In this document: piece after piece, positions 61,851 to 64,000 of the stretch | Numbering within the stretch: position 1 is the stretch's first letter | Layout: each line of letters opens with the position of its first letter | Assembly: GCF_001194135.2 (NCBI RefSeq) | Contig: NC_068989.1 | Span: forward strand, 3,273,890-3,337,889 | Source of the DNA: Octopus bimaculoides | Lineage: Eukaryota | Reading direction: 5' to 3' | Length of the DNA: 64,000 nt | Notes under the pieces: model-generated | The model's input: the letters and a program-made list of their open reading frames with translations, nothing else | The model's database searches: none | What the model was told of the DNA's origin: nothing | Translations under genes and position numbers: made by a program

Positions 61851-63699
61851 GTATATATACATACATATATATAAAACTGACTGAGACCCTTTCCTTTCGC
61901 CTCTAACAAAAGGAGAATCCCCATATCAAAATTATAGGTCCATCCATGCCAGTATGGAAGGTAGATGTTAAATGATGATGATGATGGTGGTGGTGCCAAC
62001 TAACCCCAAACTTGACTCACAACTCCCTGGTTTGGTCTGACTTACAGCTGGGATGCCTTTGCTCAGACATAAGCATTTGATCTACTCGATGAGGGTTGGT
62101 CCAGGGTTAAACAATGACAGGACTTCTTGTATTGTCTGTGTGTCTCTTAATGTCTTCCTTGGCTATTTACATATCTTATTTAGGTATTTAAAAGTACTAA
62201 TGAGGAAATCTGGTTTAGAAATTAATTATCAGAGAGAGAGAGAGGTTAGCTAAGCATAACAATAAGTTCAATGTTGACTGAAGCTTTCATCTTCCCTCCA
62301 TTAACAGCAGGCTTCAATTGGGAGACTCATTGTTGTTGACTTTCAGTTTTAGTACCCTGACTAGTATGTGTTTGGATGTACACATACACGCATGTGTATA
62401 AATGTGCATCATCTCGTCATGTGGGGGTATTCAGCTGTGTGTATGTGCATACCTCTTTTTGTGAGTATGACTAGATGTAAGAGAGAGAGAGAGAAAAGAG
62501 TGAGTGCCTCTCAGCCTGAGTGTGTGTGAGTGTCTATGTGAGTGGAGTCGAAAGACGCCTGTTGTTATTTCTTGTTGTTTGTATTTGTAATTGTGTACCA
62601 TGTTCTCCATTTTTTTGTTTGTTTGTTTTTGTCTTTGTTGCTGTACACATTCACTAGCTTTCTGACAAAGGGGTCTAATGCTCTTAGCTTAGACTTTTTT
62701 GGGAGCAACCAGATCGAACCATCTCAAGTGTAACTGCCCGAAATGGTCATGACTTCTGGGACTTGACTGAATAAAGAAAGCCAAGAATGACCTGTCCTTC
62801 TAATTGTTGTTTCTCTTGTCCGCCTTTGTATCGTCTATGTGTCCAAACATTTTAATGTCCTCTATCGCGTTTTTGTTCCATTTTTATATTTATATATATA
62901 CATTACGTATATCTGCAAGTAGTATGTGTGAGTTTGTGGTAAATTACTATTAATAATTTTAATGCAAAAACCACTAAAAATCTAACAATAAATAATTAGG
63001 GGATGACGTAAAGAAAATATTAGTCAGTAACTAAAATTATTTAAATTTTCCCCTCCACCACCATCAGCAAGTATAGGAGAAAATTCTGGTCATGTTTCGC
63101 TCTTATTCTGACCTCATCAACATGCATATCCTAGCTTATCCTTCAGAAAAACTTGCTGTGAAGTAAGAACGAAAGAACCAGAAAGTAAATTTACAAGATA
63201 AAAAAATTAACTTATAGAGAAAAAACTACAATTCTGAGAAGAATTTATCAGAAACAAACGTTTAAAGAGAAGACAGAATATCTGCAGCACCAAAGTCCTG
63301 TTCCTTTAATGTTGCTTGAACTACCTACAATATTCCAAATCGTCCTAAACCAGCATTTATCAGGAGTACCCTATGGTACCAGTCTCCAGCACATTTCTTT
63401 TCTCTTCATCCAGCATAATTCTTCATCATTATTAGGAATTTCTTTTTTTTTTACAACAACCTGACCGAATCAGTAGTGTAGTTGTCTCAATGCATCCATT
63501 CAGACGCGAACACAATTTAATGTTTTTATATATATATTATGAGAAGTGGGGAAGAGGGAAATGGGAAGGTAATGTTAGAAAGTTTGAGAAAGCTTATGTT
63601 TGGAGATACCTCCCCCCAGGGGCTTCAAACTGAAACTATTTCCTGTCTGCACTGCATCTTAACATGTCTTAACATATTGTTTTGAGAAAGAAAGAAAGA

Positions 63700-63702
63700 C
63701 AC

Positions 63703-63736
<34 letters not shown>

Positions 63737-63932
63737 GGAAAGATAGACAGACAGACAGACAGATAGATAGAGTGATGGATGGAGACAAATGATGTTATAG
63801 TTACAGACATACAAACAGATAGGGACAGAGGCAGGTATAGATAGGCAGATTACTGATAGATACTGAGCCACAAAGACATATTTAGATAGATAGAGACATA
63901 AAAAACCCCCCAGATAGGTAGGCATAAGGGGA

Positions 63933-63973
<41 letters not shown>

Positions 63974-64000
63974 AAGAAAGAGAGAGAGAGAGATGGGCAT
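63700..64000. repeat. (GATA)n/(GACA)n and (GA)n microsatellites
   Basis: Directly visible. Dozens of other (CA)n, (TA)n, (GA)n and (GAT)n tracts occur throughout the window. Confidence 0.95.

Overview
AT-rich animal genomic DNA from a draft assembly with nine N gaps, dense in microsatellites and SINEs. The repeat families look like octopus (coleoid cephalopod); this is recognition-based inference, not a database result. One spliced protein-coding gene lies on the minus strand (about 25.35-58.2 kb): an F-BAR / HR1-like / SH3 protein most similar to NOSTRIN. I reconstructed 13 GT-AG exons by hand with consistent phases, plus a candidate first exon and a 3' UTR with a poly(A) signal. At least one internal exon is missing, probably in the 35.07-35.75 kb gap. 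The rest is decayed LINEs (R4/Dong-type RLE end, two RTE-type RT pieces, a CR1-type 3' end), several SINE families and one orphan ORF. The main unexpected signal is seven type-I hammerhead-ribozyme motifs with short (near-)palindromic helix III, plus one deleted remnant, in six unrelated sequence contexts. Several sit in or beside long fold-back elements, including a tRNA-derived SINE that carries a hammerhead and inserted as an inverted dimer with a 14-bp TSD on a splice donor. All structures were folded by eye and none is experimentally tested.
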